Below, one piece after another: positions 37,211-51,462 of a stretch of DNA of 64,000 nt. The notes beneath the pieces are model-generated. The model was not told where the DNA came from, made no database searches, and was given only the letters and a program-made list of their open reading frames with translations. How positions within the stretch are numbered: the stretch's first letter is position 1; each line of letters opens with the position of its first letter. The position numbers and the translations under genes are program-made. The stretch is from the NCBI GenBank assembly GCA_030324005.1, contig JARDVH010000084.1, positions 53,718,663 through 53,782,662 of the forward strand, read 5' to 3'. Source of the stretch: Negaprion brevirostris. Its lineage: Eukaryota.

Positions 37211-37709
37211 AAACAATTTTGTTTTCAATTATTCTGCCTGCGGTTTTGGCAGTAACACCAACGTAAATATGTACTACCTGGAAACATGGAACTAGAAAAC
37301 CACACATTGGGAATACAGAGCATAACAGCAAAGAAAAAGCAGCTAATGATTATTTTAAAGGAAACATTACTTTCTGGAAGGGAGGTGGTGTTGGAGTGTT
37401 AGTGTATGTGTCTGTATTGGTGTGTAGTGGCGAAAATGAGTGAGAAGACTGAGACTGGACAAGAAGCAAACTCATACTCAGCCCCACCCACTTGATCTGT
37501 CATTCACTCCCACAACTCCTCAGTCAGGATTTTCACTGCAGATTTTTTCTCACTTAAATGGACGAATGAGAAAAATGCAGAAACATAGCATTTTGTACTA
37601 CAATAAACTGAATATCAACAAAAGTTGAGCTGTTACTAAAAGTAACAATTTGAGCAAATGTAAAACGCAGAATATTAATTCAAGTAAAAAGTGTTAATTT
37701 TTTAAAAAA

Positions 37710-38350
37710 AACCAAACACACAACCATTCTTCCCCCACACACACAGCCCTGCCTCTTCCCAAACAGAGCAACATCCTCTCCCCACATGCACACAAACTCC
37801 CTGCCACACAGAACAATACCCTCTCTCCACACACATTACCCCTCCACACACCCCTCTCCCTATCCCAGCTGCCACACACAAACACAGCTTCCCCTACATA
37901 GAACATAGAACATAGAACACTACAGCGCAGAGCAGGCCCTTCGGCCCATGATGTTGCGCCGACCAATTAAAAAGCAATGACCCTCTAACCTAAACCAGTC
38001 CCTTTCCATCCATAANNNNNNNNNNNNNNNNNNNNNNNNNNNNNNNNNNNNNNNNNNNNNNNNNNNNNNNNNNNNNNNNNNNNNNNNNNNNNNNNNNNNN
38101 NNNNNNNNNNNNNNNTCCCAGCAGGGTGACCTCTCCTCTCCTATTTCTAATCTCCGCCCATACTACCTCAACAGACAAGTCCTCATCAAACTACATACAG
38201 CTTTCCCCACACACGCCCCATCCTCCCAACACATGCACACACAGACTCTTCTCCATATGCACAGAGCAACACCCTCTCTCCACACACAGCAACACCCTCC
38301 TTCCACGTGTGCGCGCATGCGTGCGCGTGCGCACACACACACACGCACAC
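37710..38350. repeat. CA/CCCT-rich low-complexity tract split by a young minus-strand CR1 (37897-38195)
   Basis: Repeated cacacac/ccctctc units; the insert starts (catagaa)n and ends with endonuclease sequence SVEVVWAEIRNRRGEVTLLG. Confidence 0.8.
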
Positions 38351-38624
38351 AAAGTAGTAGTTAACTTACATTTTTACCTGTGTGTCACATTGCCATGGAG
38401 ACAAGTGGAACTTGGTGAGATTCTGGTTTTACGCTTAGCACAATAAATTCAGTTAGGACATATCCACAGGTTAGACTTGTTAACATTTGGAAAATCATCA
38501 GCTTTGAATCTTACGTAATTTGCAGCTCCTTGGAAGTCCAGGGATAAATGGATCATAACAGAGGGAAAAGCTAGATTCTGCTCAACCATAGTGCCGCAAA
38601 AAGCATTGGGAGCAATCTGTAAGT

Positions 38625-41600
38625 AGTGTAAGGTACACGAGAATTAGGAGTAGACCATTTGGCTCCTTGACCTTCTCAGCGATTTGATAAGATCATGGTC
38701 GATCTGACTGAAACCTCAACTCCACTTTCCTGTCTGCTCCCCAGTATCTTTTTATTCCCTTGTTGATCAGAAACCTATCCAACTCAGCCTCAATGACTGT
38801 GCTTCCACTGCTGAATAGGGAAGAGAATTCCAAACTAACTACCCTCAGAAAAAAAATTCTCCTCATCTCCGTCTTAAATAGAAGACCCCTAATTTCTAAA
38901 CTGTATCCCTTACTTCCAGGTTCCCCACAAGGGAATCATGAGCTCAGCATTCATCCTGTCAAGTCCCTTCAGGGTCTTGCATTCTCATCCTAAACTGGGC
39001 ACAAATAATAGAGGGCAGGACAGTTGCAAAACAATGGTGGATGTTCAGGGAGATTTTGAAGACCTCTCAATTAAAGTATATTCCTGAGAGGAAGAGGAAT
39101 TGTAAAAGGAAGAAAAACGGTCCATAGCTAGACAAGGAAATCAAAGAGGACATAAAGGCAAAAACTAGGGCATTCATACTGCAAAAACTAATGGCAAGCT
39201 GAAGGATTGGGAGAATTTTAAGTTTCAGCAAAAGGCTACTAAAAATAGAATCAAAAGAGCTAAGATGAACTATGAAAGGAAACTAGCAGAAAACTTAAAC
39301 ACAGAAACCAAAAGCTTCTACAAGCATAGAAAGAGGAAGCAAATAGCTAAAGTAAATGTTGATCCCTTAGAGGATGATACTGGTAAGGTATTAATGGGAA
39401 ACACAGATGTAGGAGGCATTAAACCAATATTTTGCCTCTGCCTCCACAGTTGAGAATAATGAAAATTTTCCAAAAACTGTAGTTAGCGTAAAGCAACTTG
39501 GTGCAATAACCATCATAGGGAGAGGGTACTGAATAAACTAATGGGATTAAAGGCAGCTCAGTCTTTGGGACCTGATGGTCTGCACCCTAGGGTATTAAAA
39601 GAGGTGGCAGCAGAGATAGTGAATGCTTCGTTGTGATATTTCAAAATTCCGTGGAATCTGGTAAGATCCCGGTGGATTGGAAACATGCTAATGTGATACA
39701 CCTATTCAAAAGGCGAGAGAGGCAAAAATTAGGAAACTATAGGCCAATTAGTTTGACCTCTGTGGTGGGAAAGTTGCTGGAATCAATCATTGAGGAGGAG
39801 ATGACTGAGCATTTGGAAAGACAAAGCTCAATCCACCATTGTCAGCGTGGTTTTATGAAGGGAAAGTCTTGTTTGACAAACTCGCTCGAGTTCTTTGAGG
39901 GTGTAACCAGCATAGTGGATAGTGAGGAGTCTACGGGTGTGGTATATCTAGACTTCTGGAAGGCATTTGACAAGGTACCACATAAAAGACTGATCCAGAA
40001 AGTGAGATCACAGGGGATTGAGGATAAAGTACTAGATTGAATTGAGGATTGGATGACCGACAGAAAGCAAAGGGCTAGGATAAATAGGTCCTTCTCTGCC
40101 TGATAAAATATAACAGACGGGGTGCTGCTAGGGTCAGTCCCCGGATCTCAACTGTTTACAATCTATATAAATGATCTATAAATGAACATAGCAGAATTTG
40201 CAGATGATACTAAAATAAGAACATAAGAAATAGGAGCAGGAGTAGGCCATCTAACCCTTCAAGCCTGCCCCGCCATTCAACAAGATCATGGCTGATCTGA
40301 AGTGGCTCAGTTCCACTTTCCCGCTTTATCACCATAACCCTTAATCCCCTTGCCTACCAAAAACCTATCTACCCGTGTCTTAAATATATTTAGCGAGGTA
40401 GCCTCCACNNNNNNNNNNNNNNNNNNNNNNNNNNNNNNNNNNNNNNNNNNNNNNNNNNNNNNNNNNNNNNNNNNNNNNNNNNNNNNNNNNNNNNNNNNNN
40501 NNNNNNNNCGCCATTTCCTTCAGAACCCTTGGATGCATTCCATCCGGTCCTGGGGACTTGTCCACCATCAGTCCCTCTAGTCTGTTGAGCACTGCCTCTC
40601 TAGTAACAATGATCTCATTCAGGCCCTCCACTCTTACCATCTTTCCATTGTTGACACCCGGCAAACTATTCGCCTCTTCCTCCATGAAGACCGAAGCAAA
40701 ATTAGATGGGAAAGCAGGCAGTGAAGAGGATATAAAGAGTCTACAGACGGATATTGATAGATTAGGAGAATGGGTCAAAATTTGGCAGACGGAGTTTAAT
40801 GTGGATAAGTATAAGGTTATCCATTTTGGCAGAAAAAATAGAAAGGCAAATTATTACTTAAATGGAAAGCAGATTCAAAATGCGTCCAGGCAGGGGGATC
40901 TGGATGTCCATGCTCATGAATTGCAGAAAGTTGATACGTAGGTGCAGCACGTAATAAAAAAGCCAAATGGGATGTTGGCATTTATTGCAAAAACTCTGGA
41001 GTATAAAAATGGAGGAGTGTTGTTGCAATTGCACAGGGTATTGGTGAGACTACATCTGGAGTATTAAGTCCAGTTTTGGTCCCCTTATTGGAGGCAGTTC
41101 AAAGAAAATTTACCCAGGGATAAAGAGGTTGATGCATGAAGAGAGATTAAGCAGTTTGGGCTTGTAGTCACTGGAGTTCAGAAGGACGAGAGGGAGTCTG
41201 ATCGAGGTATATAAAATTTTAAAAGGGATTGGTAAAGTAAATGTAGACAAATGTTTCCTCTTGTGCGGCAATCTGGAACAAGAGGTCACAAGTATAGGCT
41301 GTAGCTTTAAAACTGAGATGACAGGGAACTACTCACAAAGGGTGGTGAATTTGTGGGACTCACTGCCCCATAGCACGGTGGAGTCTGAATCATTGAATGG
41401 TTTCAAGAGGGACATAGACATATTTCATAATAGAAAGGGAAAGAAGGATATGGGGAACAGGTGGGGAGATGGATTTGAGACCTGGGAGAGATCTGCCATG
41501 AACAGGCTTAAAGGATTGATTTGCCTACTTCTGCTTCTAATTCCTATGTTCCTGTCCTTTTAAACTCCAATTGGTATTGACCTATCCTGCTCAACCATTC

Positions 41601-42140
41601 CCAAGATAGCCCTTAATCCCAGGAATAATTGAGTGAACTTTCGCTGAATTGCTTCTAATGCAACTATATCCCCTTTTTAAGTTAGGAGATCAAAACTGTA
41701 CACAATACTTCAGGTATGACCTAATTAAGGCCCTGTACAGCTGCAGCACTACTTCCCTACATTTATATTGGATTCCCCTTGCGATAAACACAAACATTCA
41801 ATTTGCCTCCCTAATCACTTGCTGTACCTGCAACCAACCTTTTCGATTCATGGACCAGGACACCCAGATTTCTCTGGTACCATAGAGTTCTGCCATCTCT
41901 CTCGTTTTAAATAATACTAATTTTCGATTCTTTCTGCCAACGTCGACAAGTTCACATTTTCCCACTTTATAATCCACATGCTAAATTTTGGCTCACTCAC
42001 TTAACCCAAGTCCCTTTGTAGACTCTTTATTTCCTCTTGACATTGATCTGCCTTTGCGTCATCAGTAAATTTAGTTGATATATTCCATGTCTTTTCCCTA
42101 TAGGCCCTCAGTGCTGATTCATGTGGCAGTAACTGCTTAC
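38625..42140. mobile_element. Three-level nested CR1 array
   Basis: Outer minus-strand CR1 (38625-38996 and 41561-42140) is split at a duplicated taaact by a plus-strand CR1 ORF2 (about 38997-41560; NYRPISLTSVVGKLLE, YLDFWKAFDKVPH, FADDTK). That element is split by a minus-strand CR1 at about 40217-40697. Confidence 0.85.
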
Positions 42141-43049
42141 CAACCCTGGCTTAGATATATGTTGCGTTTAAGTTGTAAATATTGTATGTTCCATGTACTA
42201 TGCTCGTATTAAATGAGAGCTGGTTTTCAGCTCTGTTGAACTGGAAATAAAAACAGCATGCCAGCTCAAATAAGATTAACATTCAAAAAAAGCTGAATAC
42301 CTCCCTTATTGTAGCATAACTTTGCTACAGTTCACCACGCAAATCAGTAGAACCAACTTTAATAAAACATACATATTGTTGAAATAACTTCAAAATTTAG
42401 AGATGCCAGCACAACTTCATTTTCTTACCGTTATAAAATGTACCACCTTTAGTCCACATGTACTAACTACAGAGGTCTGTTTTCCTTGTCCTCATTTTCG
42501 CTATAACTATAAACTAGCAACTTCAACAACTTGAAGGAGGAAAATGTAAAAATACGAAGTTGCTTATAAAACTAGCCCTATGCAAAGCTGTATTATTTAG
42601 ATAATACCGACCAGTTGCTATGCAAATAAGTTCTTTGAAATGAGCAGGAGGGCTGTAAAATTCCACTCCACAAAGGTGACATTTCATGCCAGATTTATTC
42701 TTTCTTGTTTCTGTGCTTCAATTCCATTTTTGTGGCTGCTCTTCCCTGCTCCATTAACCACTTTCTCATCTATATCCCAAATCAAAAGTTATTTATTATC
42801 TCTACACATATTTATTATCTCTTCACAAGTTTTAAGTATTGCCTTTTAAAAAAGTGAATGTTGAAATGTAAATATAAAAATGCTAGAAATATACAGCTAC
42901 ATCCTTCAGCATCTGAAAACTTGGGGGGTGGCGGGGGTAAGTTGCAGTAGATGATAGGTTAATGTATAGTCCTGTTAGCTCAGCTGATGAATAATGCAAT
43001 AGTCCCAGCATCATAGCTTTCAGTCCCACACTGAGTAACTAATGTTCCC

Positions 43050-43460
43050 CATGATGAGAGGCTGAATAATTTATATTCAGATTCTCTGGCTTTTAACAGA
43101 ATGAGAGGCGATCACATCGAAACATATAAGGTTTTGGAACTAGTATCCCCCAGCTGGGGAATCTAGAACATGGGGACATAGTTTCAGGATAAGGGGCTGA
43201 TCATTTAGGACTCAGATGAGGAGGATTTCTTCTCTCAAAGAGTTGTAAATCTTAGGAATACTCTACCTCAAGAGGGTCGTGGAGCACCATCAAACATACT
43301 TAAGGTTGAGATAGAGATTTTCGGCCTCTCAGGGAATCAAGGGATATAAGGAATGAATGGAAAAATGGAATTGAAGCTCAAGGTTAGCCATGATCTTCAT
43401 ATTCAGTGGTGGAGTACATTCAACTAGTATGACCTTCTCCTGCTCCTATTTCTTATGGTT
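43050..43460 (+). mobile_element. CR1 3' end
   Basis: RMRGDHIETYK-like segment and tail ttagccatgatct...ctcctgctcctatttcttatg. Confidence 0.85.
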
Positions 43461-44047
43461 CATGTAGAGACGGTTCTGTTCTACTGCTTCTAATGAAGGA
43501 TTCTTATGTACCACATTTAACCTGCTTGTCTTCTTTCCAAATGCTGACAGACTACTTTGGATTTTAAGGATTGTCTGTTTTTATTTAAGCTTGGTGTTGC
43601 AGTTTCTGGTGAATGATGATTTAGCATAGACAATTCTTAAAAATTGCTGAATGAGTATGCAACTTCAATATTTCTTTCAGCACAGGCTTTTAGAATAATA
43701 GAAAATTCTTCTTAAATGAAAACACGGAAACAAAAGTGTCAGGTATTTTTAAATGTTTCTCCAATTTCAAACAAAATAACCCAAAGGTTTGTTAAAATAC
43801 TTCAAATTTCCACATGTATTGAGAGTGCATAGACTAATGTAACATTCTGCAACTTTGTTGTGTAATTATTAGATCTTATTACTGGGAGAAAAGAAGAGTT
43901 ATGTAAAGTGCATTATTGGCAGCCTTCATATAACATACATACTACTCTCAATATAATCATAAAAAAACACTTGGGAACAAACTGCATTAAATTAAAACAC
44001 TTTCCAATTGCTTTATGTATTCCTCTTGAGAGGAATTAGAGGCTCAC

Positions 44048-44191
44048 CTTTGAATTCCTGCCAGCAGTTCTTTCACAGCAGGCATCAACCTCTGCAGGCT
44101 CTGAAATGCTTCCTCAGGAAGTGGCAGCTTGCTGTCAACTACAACAGCTAATGAGTTGTGAGGAAGGTTGAAGGTTGCAAAAATTAACGAG
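44048..44191 (-). CDS. SWT1: SWT1 internal coding exon
   Basis: Acceptor ttttttcaccag, donor gtgag; 144 nt, phase 2 to 2. Encodes (S)SLIFATFNLPHNSLAVVVDSKLPLPEEAFQSLQRLMPAVKELLAGIQ(R), resembling recalled EEAFICLQKLMAAVRDILEGIQR. Confidence 0.9.
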
Positions 44192-44705
44192 CTGGTGAAA
44201 AAAATTGAAAATTTAAATCTCAAAATTGCATGTATTGTCACACAAGATCAAAAAACTAGCAATGATTTACTTAATCAAGCACAAAAGTATTCCTTTATTA
44301 TTCTTTTATTTACAGGATTTCTCACAACTTTAAAAAAGTCCCATGCTATTTTAACTTGAGTCATTAAGCAGATTGTAGATTCTTGGAATTCCATTCAGTA
44401 GTTTATGTGTTTGTCACATTCTTTCAGTAAATGCCATTACTGATTGTTTACATTTCACATTAGATTTCAAGCATGCACAGGAATCTCTCCAACATTATCC
44501 ACAATATAACAGTCTTTATCATCCTTAATACACAAGGTTCAACATTCAGTTTGCTAGTCCAGTCAACGTCAAAACATATCATGGCAGTACAAAGAGCAAA
44601 TTTACTGCTTTGGGAAACAACCAAGAATGCGCCTAAATCAAAACTGTGTCCTACTTTGACTAATATGTACTTGCATGATTAACAGCACACACTGGCTTTT
44701 CTTAC

Positions 44706-44947
44706 CTGTATTTGTTTATTATATTCCATACATTCTCAAAGGTGGCCCAGATTTGTTGACTTCTGTTCACGTCTGCAGAGTTTTCCACCTCTGACATGGG
44801 ATGCCCACCATTACAGTTGAATGGAAATAGAGTTACATTTCTTTCTGAATCAGGATTCAAAGGTGGCTCAACTGAAATTTCCAACTTTTCAGAAGGGTCT
44901 TCTGACTTCTCTGATGATTTTGACATTAGTTCATTTTTGCTGCCATC
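44706..44947 (-). CDS. SWT1: SWT1 internal coding exon
   Basis: Acceptor ...catgttatgaag, donor gtaag; 242 nt, phase 0 to 2. Encodes DGSKNELMS...NRSQQIWATFENVWNIINKY, resembling SRHQEIWSILESVWITIYQN. Confidence 0.85.
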
Positions 44948-46814
44948 CTTCATAACATGAGTGAAAAAAATGATTTTTTTAGAACTACAAATCTCAAATA
45001 TTCATGTGGTTTTTATTGATCATTTTCTCTTTTCACTGGGGGAGACGTACGGACTATATTGCCTAGTTGTGGCTCCATCTGTATTGGATATCCAACTTTC
45101 AATTCATAGCTCTAATGACCATTCTTCCTAAGTTTGACTCTTCGAATCTGGATAGGCATGAATCCTTAATCCTCATCCACATCCATGCACTTTCCAGCAG
45201 AACTAACTGGACGAAGATTACGTATGTGATTTAAATAAAAGGAAGATTTACACACCAAATACAGACAGAGTGACACCTTGGTCAGCAGGCACCAGTGCAA
45301 ATTTGCAAGAGAAGGCCACAGCCAGGGACTATGGTAAGGAACCTTGGCAATTAGTAGTGGAACTGACCGTGACTGAGGGGGCAGGATAGCCTGGCACATA
45401 GAAGCCCAAGATCTCAAAACCTAAAACTTCAAAATTAAAATCAAAACATCTTCAAGGTCAAATCTGGCTGAAGACGATTCTCAATATATTTTGCCTGACA
45501 AAGGAGCCAAAACTGTCTTCCATTCTCATGCAGTTCACAGCTTGAAATTACAGAACAAGTCCTGACTGCATCATTGGATCCAATCTGCATATTTAAAGTA
45601 GGAACCTGCTTCCCATCTGTAGATGCCCCATTCTCCGGTTCAAAAAAGCAGGTTAAAAGAGGCAATAGTAAGAAGGAAGCAAAATTAGAGTGGATAAGTG
45701 ACTCTGGTTATTTTAACCCTCATCCACACCCCCACTCCACCAAGTCCAGTTTCCAGGTGTCACAGACAATAAAAATTGCAGCCAAATTATCTGTTCACTA
45801 GCAATATCTAAAGAATTGCTTTACAGCATAAAGCAGATAACATGAGAGCTATAGATCACTAAGAGACATCACTATATATCAGTAACTGTGTGTATATTGC
45901 AAACTGAAACATTTAGGATATATGACAAATTCAATTTTTCTTTTAAGAAACCAAATGTTTCATTGTCACATCAAGGAAGTATAGAAAAAAATAGAATGAA
46001 ACTAGATACTCAAAATAGTTCTACTGGAGAACTCAAATAAATAAATGTGGCTTAAAATTGCACTATACAATCTTATCCTTGATGCTTTGGAAAGGAAAGC
46101 ATCTTTCATGATCTCAGGCTATCTCAAAAGGACTTGTAAAACATAATCACAGTTGTAATGTAGGGAAACACAGCAGTCAATTTGCATATGGCNNNNNNNN
46201 NNNNNNNNNNNNNNNNNNNNNNNNNNNNNNNNNNNNNNNNNNNNNNNNNNNNNNNNNNNNNNNNNNNNNNNNNNNNNNNNNNNNNNNNNNNNGCAAAGTC
46301 TACAAATTATGTAACTAAACAGAATCTGTTCTTTAACATTGTCAAGGGAATAAATGCTCAAGCTTCTGAAGTGCTGTTTGAAGCTGATATCTTCTAATTA
46401 CTACATCAATGCTGACACCTTGAAACTGTTTATTATATCCACTTAACGCCATTTCAAGTACCAGATATTAATACCTGCAAGAACTAGGAGACTGAAAGCA
46501 AGAAATAAATTAGTTTCTTCCTTTGTCTTCCATTTTACAATAAAACTGCAACTAAAACTCTGCTTCATTAATCCTTGCATGCACTAGGTCTGTTTATCAC
46601 TCCTACCTTTGCTGATGTAGATTGATGCCTTATGCCCTAATACTTAACTTCCATAAGTTCATAAACCTCAATTCTTGAATACTTCCTTCATATTGACATC
46701 AGCCTTTTACACATTCTAAATCTCTTCAGCTGCTCAAATTCTTATTAATTACTTATTAAATCTCTCTCTTCATCTTTAAAACATTTATCAAAACTAACAT
46801 TTAACAGTCACATG

Positions 46815-47045
46815 CTTCACTGGGTCACTGTCTGTGCAGACTTTGCACGTTCTCCCAGTGTTTGCGTGGGTTTCCTCCAGTGTCCTCCCACAGTCCAAAA
46901 GATGTGCTGGTTAGATGCATTGGCCATGCTAAATTCACCTTCAGTGTACCCGAACAGGTGCTGGAATGTGGCAACTGGGGGATTTTCACAATAACTTCAT
47001 TGCAGTGTTAATGTAAGCCTACTTGTGACACTAATAAAAGAAACT
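46815..47045 (+). mobile_element. V-SINE variant, 5'-truncated
   Basis: V-domain plus tail cttcattgcagtgttaatgtaagcctacttgtgacactaataaa. Confidence 0.85.
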
Positions 47046-48057
47046 TAAACCTCTCTTCATGGATCCTTTTCTGACTGATCCTCCATTTGTTGTACATCCA
47101 TCTATGGTGCGTGTTGAAGCATTCTTTGAGTTAGAAAAGCTATTTCAACAGGAACGTTTATTTTATTACCTAGTTCATTCAAAAATCCAACTCACATGAA
47201 ACTTAAAGGTTCATCAGAATGGAAATATCCTTATCGTCACTATGTTCGGTCACTTGCCTTTCCATGAAAATATAATCTCAGCTTTTTCACTCTTCTCTAC
47301 CCCATGCAGTTCACTGTGCTAAACTTCACCTTTCCAATCCAGTCACTGGGCACTCTCAGATTTCCCAATATAAAGTCATTCTTTTCACCATCAGTCCAAC
47401 TAGATGACAGAGCTGATCTTCTCAATCTCACACCCAACCAGTTCACAAAGGCGCTACACAAACCCCTTCCTACCCACTTCAGAGGCATTCTTCACTGTCC
47501 TAGTTATTCCAACAAATTTGCCCTCATTCACCAAGGGTATCAACTCCTTCCTGCTCCTTTGTTTGGGGATTCAATGCTGTGTACACGAATTCTGATGATA
47601 TAAATCTATCAGATCAGGAATTTGCAACCAGGATTACATTCTTGCGTAAAGCAGCAGGAAGAAGTCAAGATAACATTGTGAAGGCCAATTAGTCCAAACC
47701 TGCCTCATTCCACATGCTGCAGCCAGCTCACACCATTAATTCAATTTCTTCCCCCCATCTCTATGCAATCACATAGAAGCAAACAAGTAAGAAAAAAATC
47801 TAAGTATCACTGAACATAGGATGCCATCTGTCGTGGGAGAACTACAGAGATGTTGGTCAAAGTTAATGACCTCCTACCTCTAATATGGCTCAGAGTTCGT
47901 CACTTGAGTCACCCCAGACTAAAATTTTGCTAAATTTACTGTTAAAATTGTTAATGATTCCTGCTATTGTTTTGATCCAGGACAATATGAACTTTTACCT
48001 ACTACATCCATCCCAATATTACGTATGACTATACAATTAAAAAACACAAGAAGTTAC

Positions 48058-48209
48058 CTCAGCAACCTTGCTAAGCAATTCATCCATGACAGCCAAGGTG
48101 TGTGGGAGAACACCACCATAATCTGATCTCGAGCTGAAAGCTTGTAACAGGTTTTGGGACTCTTGCAACATCCAGGTAAGAGTAAGTTGATTATACTCTG
48201 GTCTCTTAT
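48058..48209 (-). CDS. SWT1: SWT1 internal coding exon (most 5' one visible)
   Basis: Acceptor ctttttaacatctag, donor gtaact; 152 nt, phase 1 to 0. Encodes KRPEYNQLTLTWMLQESQNLLQAFSSRSDYGGVLPHTLAVMDELLSKVAE, resembling recalled [38 protein letters not shown]. Confidence 0.9.
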
Positions 48210-48496
48210 CTAGATGTTAAAAAGACATATTAGATCACAAGGCAACAAAACAGACACTCCTTTAAAGCAAATGTTAGTCCCGGGGGATGATTGTAGGGAG
48301 AAGCAGAACAGCAAGCAGATATACATATGATATGGTGGAAATCAATGAGCTCTATAAAATGTTTCACCTATTATAGAAGTTCCTGGTAGATTTCAATTAG
48401 ACCACCAGGACTGTGGCTATTACCCTATTTAGATGGGGTGCACTGAACTCCAGGTGAAACTTACGTAGTAAGTTTGAAGACATTTTGTCCTATTCA

Positions 48497-48833
48497 TAGA
48501 ATCATAGAACCCTACAGTGAAGAAAGAGGCCCTTCAGCCCATCGAATCTACACCAAACACAATCCCACCCAGGCCCTACCCCCACATCCTTACATATTAT
48601 ACCCTCTAACCTATGCATCCCTGGACACTAAGGGGCAATTTCTCAGCGTGGCCAATCAACCTAACCTGCACATCTTTGGACTGTGGGAGGAAACCAGAGT
48701 ACCCGGAGGAAAGCCACACAGACACAAGGAGAATGTGCAAACTCCACACAGACAGTGACCCAAGCCAGGAATCGAACCCAGGAACCTGGAGCTGTGAAGC
48801 AGCAGTGCTAACCACTGTGCTACCGTGCCGCCC
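48497..48833 (-). mobile_element. Full-length HE1 V-SINE
   Basis: Reverse complement of gggcggcacggtagcacagtggttagcactgctgc... through to the (ttctatga)n tail. Confidence 0.9.
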
Positions 48834-49239
48834 CATTGTTAGTTGTAAGACCAGATTGCAAAGAAAACTATTCTACCAAGCCTATGCAATGCACAAAAGA
48901 ACAATGGTAATCTTAAAATATTAGTTCAGTAGCCTTTTTCCCCTCAACATCTGGGTAACACTTTCACAAAAGCAACTAACAAATGATCAAACATCTTCAG
49001 ATGTAATGCGATTAAATAATAATGTGCATTTATAACTAGAAAAATATTTATTGCTATATTTTTCACGATGACACTTACATAAATGTTATGAACTAAAAGT
49101 AAAACAAATTGGACGGGAATGGAGCTTTAAGTATTTCCTACTTGTGGCTTTAATTTTTCAACTGCCATTGTAAATAAACTAATATTGAATATTAACAAAA
49201 TGCTGCAGTTTAATGTTCAATTATACCTTGTAAAACTCA

Positions 49240-49740
49240 GTAAACTAGACTGATTGCATTCTTGGTTGTATCTTTGATGGCCAGATGAGCTTACAGCTAC
49301 ACATCAATGCCGTCACGAAAGTTACTTATTTCCAACCAAATATTAACACCCGACTCCGCCCCTTCCTCAGCTTATTTGCTGAAGTAACTCTCACTCATGT
49401 TACCTCCAAATAGATTGGACAATACTCCTAGTGGGTCTTGCACACTGCACCCTCCATAAACCTGTCAAAAGTTCAAAACAAGGTTGCCCTTGTTTTGCAT
49501 CAAATCCTGTTCACTCATCGCCCCTATGCCTTCTAACTTACACTGGCTCCCAGTCAAGCATTGCCTCAATTTTAAAATTGTTTAAAGCCACTCCAGGGTT
49601 TATTTCTATAACCTGCTCCAGTCCTATAATCTTTAGGGATATCTAATTCTTCTGTGCATCTCTGCCCAATTTCTCCACAATTAGTGCCGTGCTTTCAACT
49701 GCGAAGTCCAAAGCTTTGGATTTTTCTCCCTAAATCCCTC
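49240..49740 (+). mobile_element. Old L2-clade LINE fragment
   Basis: LGCIFD.QMS...HI..VTK..YF-like segment and L/HWLP motif, similar to 15850-16395. Confidence 0.6.
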
Positions 49741-50849
49741 GTTACACTGGACAAAAGGTTAGAAAGATCTTGAGACAAACACAAGTAAATGAGTCACATC
49801 ACACAACATCTTCACTCTGATTAGATTTACACAATCCATCTTGAACTCTAACATTCAGGGATAGTAAGGGGTACATGTAAACTAATTGAGGAACTGTGGT
49901 CAGACACACCACACCCAAAACAAGCGAGAGGCCACAAATCAAATTGTATGGCTTTCTCAACAACCCATCCAGATGCTTGTTACACTGTGACCTAACCAGT
50001 CTCACTGAAATTCTGTCTTTATCACAAAGATTTGCAATCTCTACACCAGAAGAACTCGCCTTGGAACTGTCTCCCAAACTTCATTTCCACTCGATGTCTT
50101 CAACAATGATTCATCTCTAGGTTTTCAATCCCTCCTGATGTTTCTTTCCCCTGGATTTCTGACTCAAGCTTCACCTTCGAAGTACACTTTCAGATATTCG
50201 GCCACGCCAAACAGAACACCACTGCTCTGGTCCACAGTAAGGAGTTACCAACTTCAGCTCCCTCCTCAAATCTTCTGGCTTGCTTAAGCTCACTTTACTT
50301 TGAGTTTGCTCCCTGCAACCTTGTCCCTACCTGAGAACTAACTGCTTTGCACCTTACTTTTAACCTTACTTATTAGGACCTGTTTCAGATTCTAGTGTTT
50401 GTCCCTTAATTTCCTTCTGGGCCCTCTTTAGGCCCCACTCCCTGATTTGGGAGCTTCATGGGACACCTTATATTGAGTGGCACTCTCTGACCTCCAGTTT
50501 CACATTGTTTCACTTTAGTTTTTCTCTTCCTTCTGCAAACACAGTCAATTTCTGAGCTGAAGAAATCAAAAAATGAACAGTGCATGTGTGCAAGACCATT
50601 TCCCAGCCTGAAGACATGCAAATCAACAAACTGTGCATGTGCAACCATTCTATGTCCAGTACATGCGCAGAAACCCTGAGCCTCACTGGGAATTGGAGCT
50701 TCCAACCTTTGATTACGGGTTAAAGCAAGTTTTTTTTTGCCTTCTCTTGGGGATTCATCACTATAGCATTGTTGACAAAACTTCCATAACTTTGCTGATC
50801 TTTAAGAGTTAACTGATGGGATGGTAATTGGTCACATTGTGTACATGCT

Positions 50850-51462
50850 GCATTTTAAAGATGAAACAAACATGAGCAATTTTCCACACTGTTGGGTTGT
50901 AGCGGAAAAGGTCGTCTACGGGCACAAGTTAGTTCTGGAGCACAAGTCGTCAGTACTACAGTCAAGATGTTGTCAGACTCCACAGCAATTGCTGTTTTCA
51001 GTGCGTTCTGCTATTTCTCGATACCATATGGAGTGAATCAAAGTGGTTGAAGACAGGCATCTTAGGAAGAAGCTGAAATGGATCATTCACTCTGCACTCC
51101 TGGTTGAAAATGGCTACAAATGCTTCCCCTTGTCTATTGCACCTAACACGTTATCATTAAGGATGGGGATGTTTTTGGAGTCTCCTCCTCCCGTTAGTCA
51201 TTTAATTGTTCACAACTGGACATGGCAGGACTCTAGGACTTTGATTCGATCCACTGTTGTGTGCTCACTAAGTTCTATCTATCTGCTGGTCAGTATACAT
51301 GTGATTTTGTGTTGTATCTTCACCAGCTTGGCATCTCATTTTAATGTGCTGCTCCTGAATGCTTTCCTGCACTCCTCATTGAACCAGGGTAGGTGGGTAG
51401 CATGGTGGTACAGTGCTATCTCACAGCGCCAGGGACCCAAGTTCAATTCCAGCCTTGGGTGG

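Noticed and set aside
42429-42506. Candidate exon with a gtaag donor
   Set aside because: All three frames from the plausible acceptors contain a stop codon.
49745-50120. Possible solo LTR
   Set aside because: No clear TG...CA termini, target-site duplication or second copy to support it.
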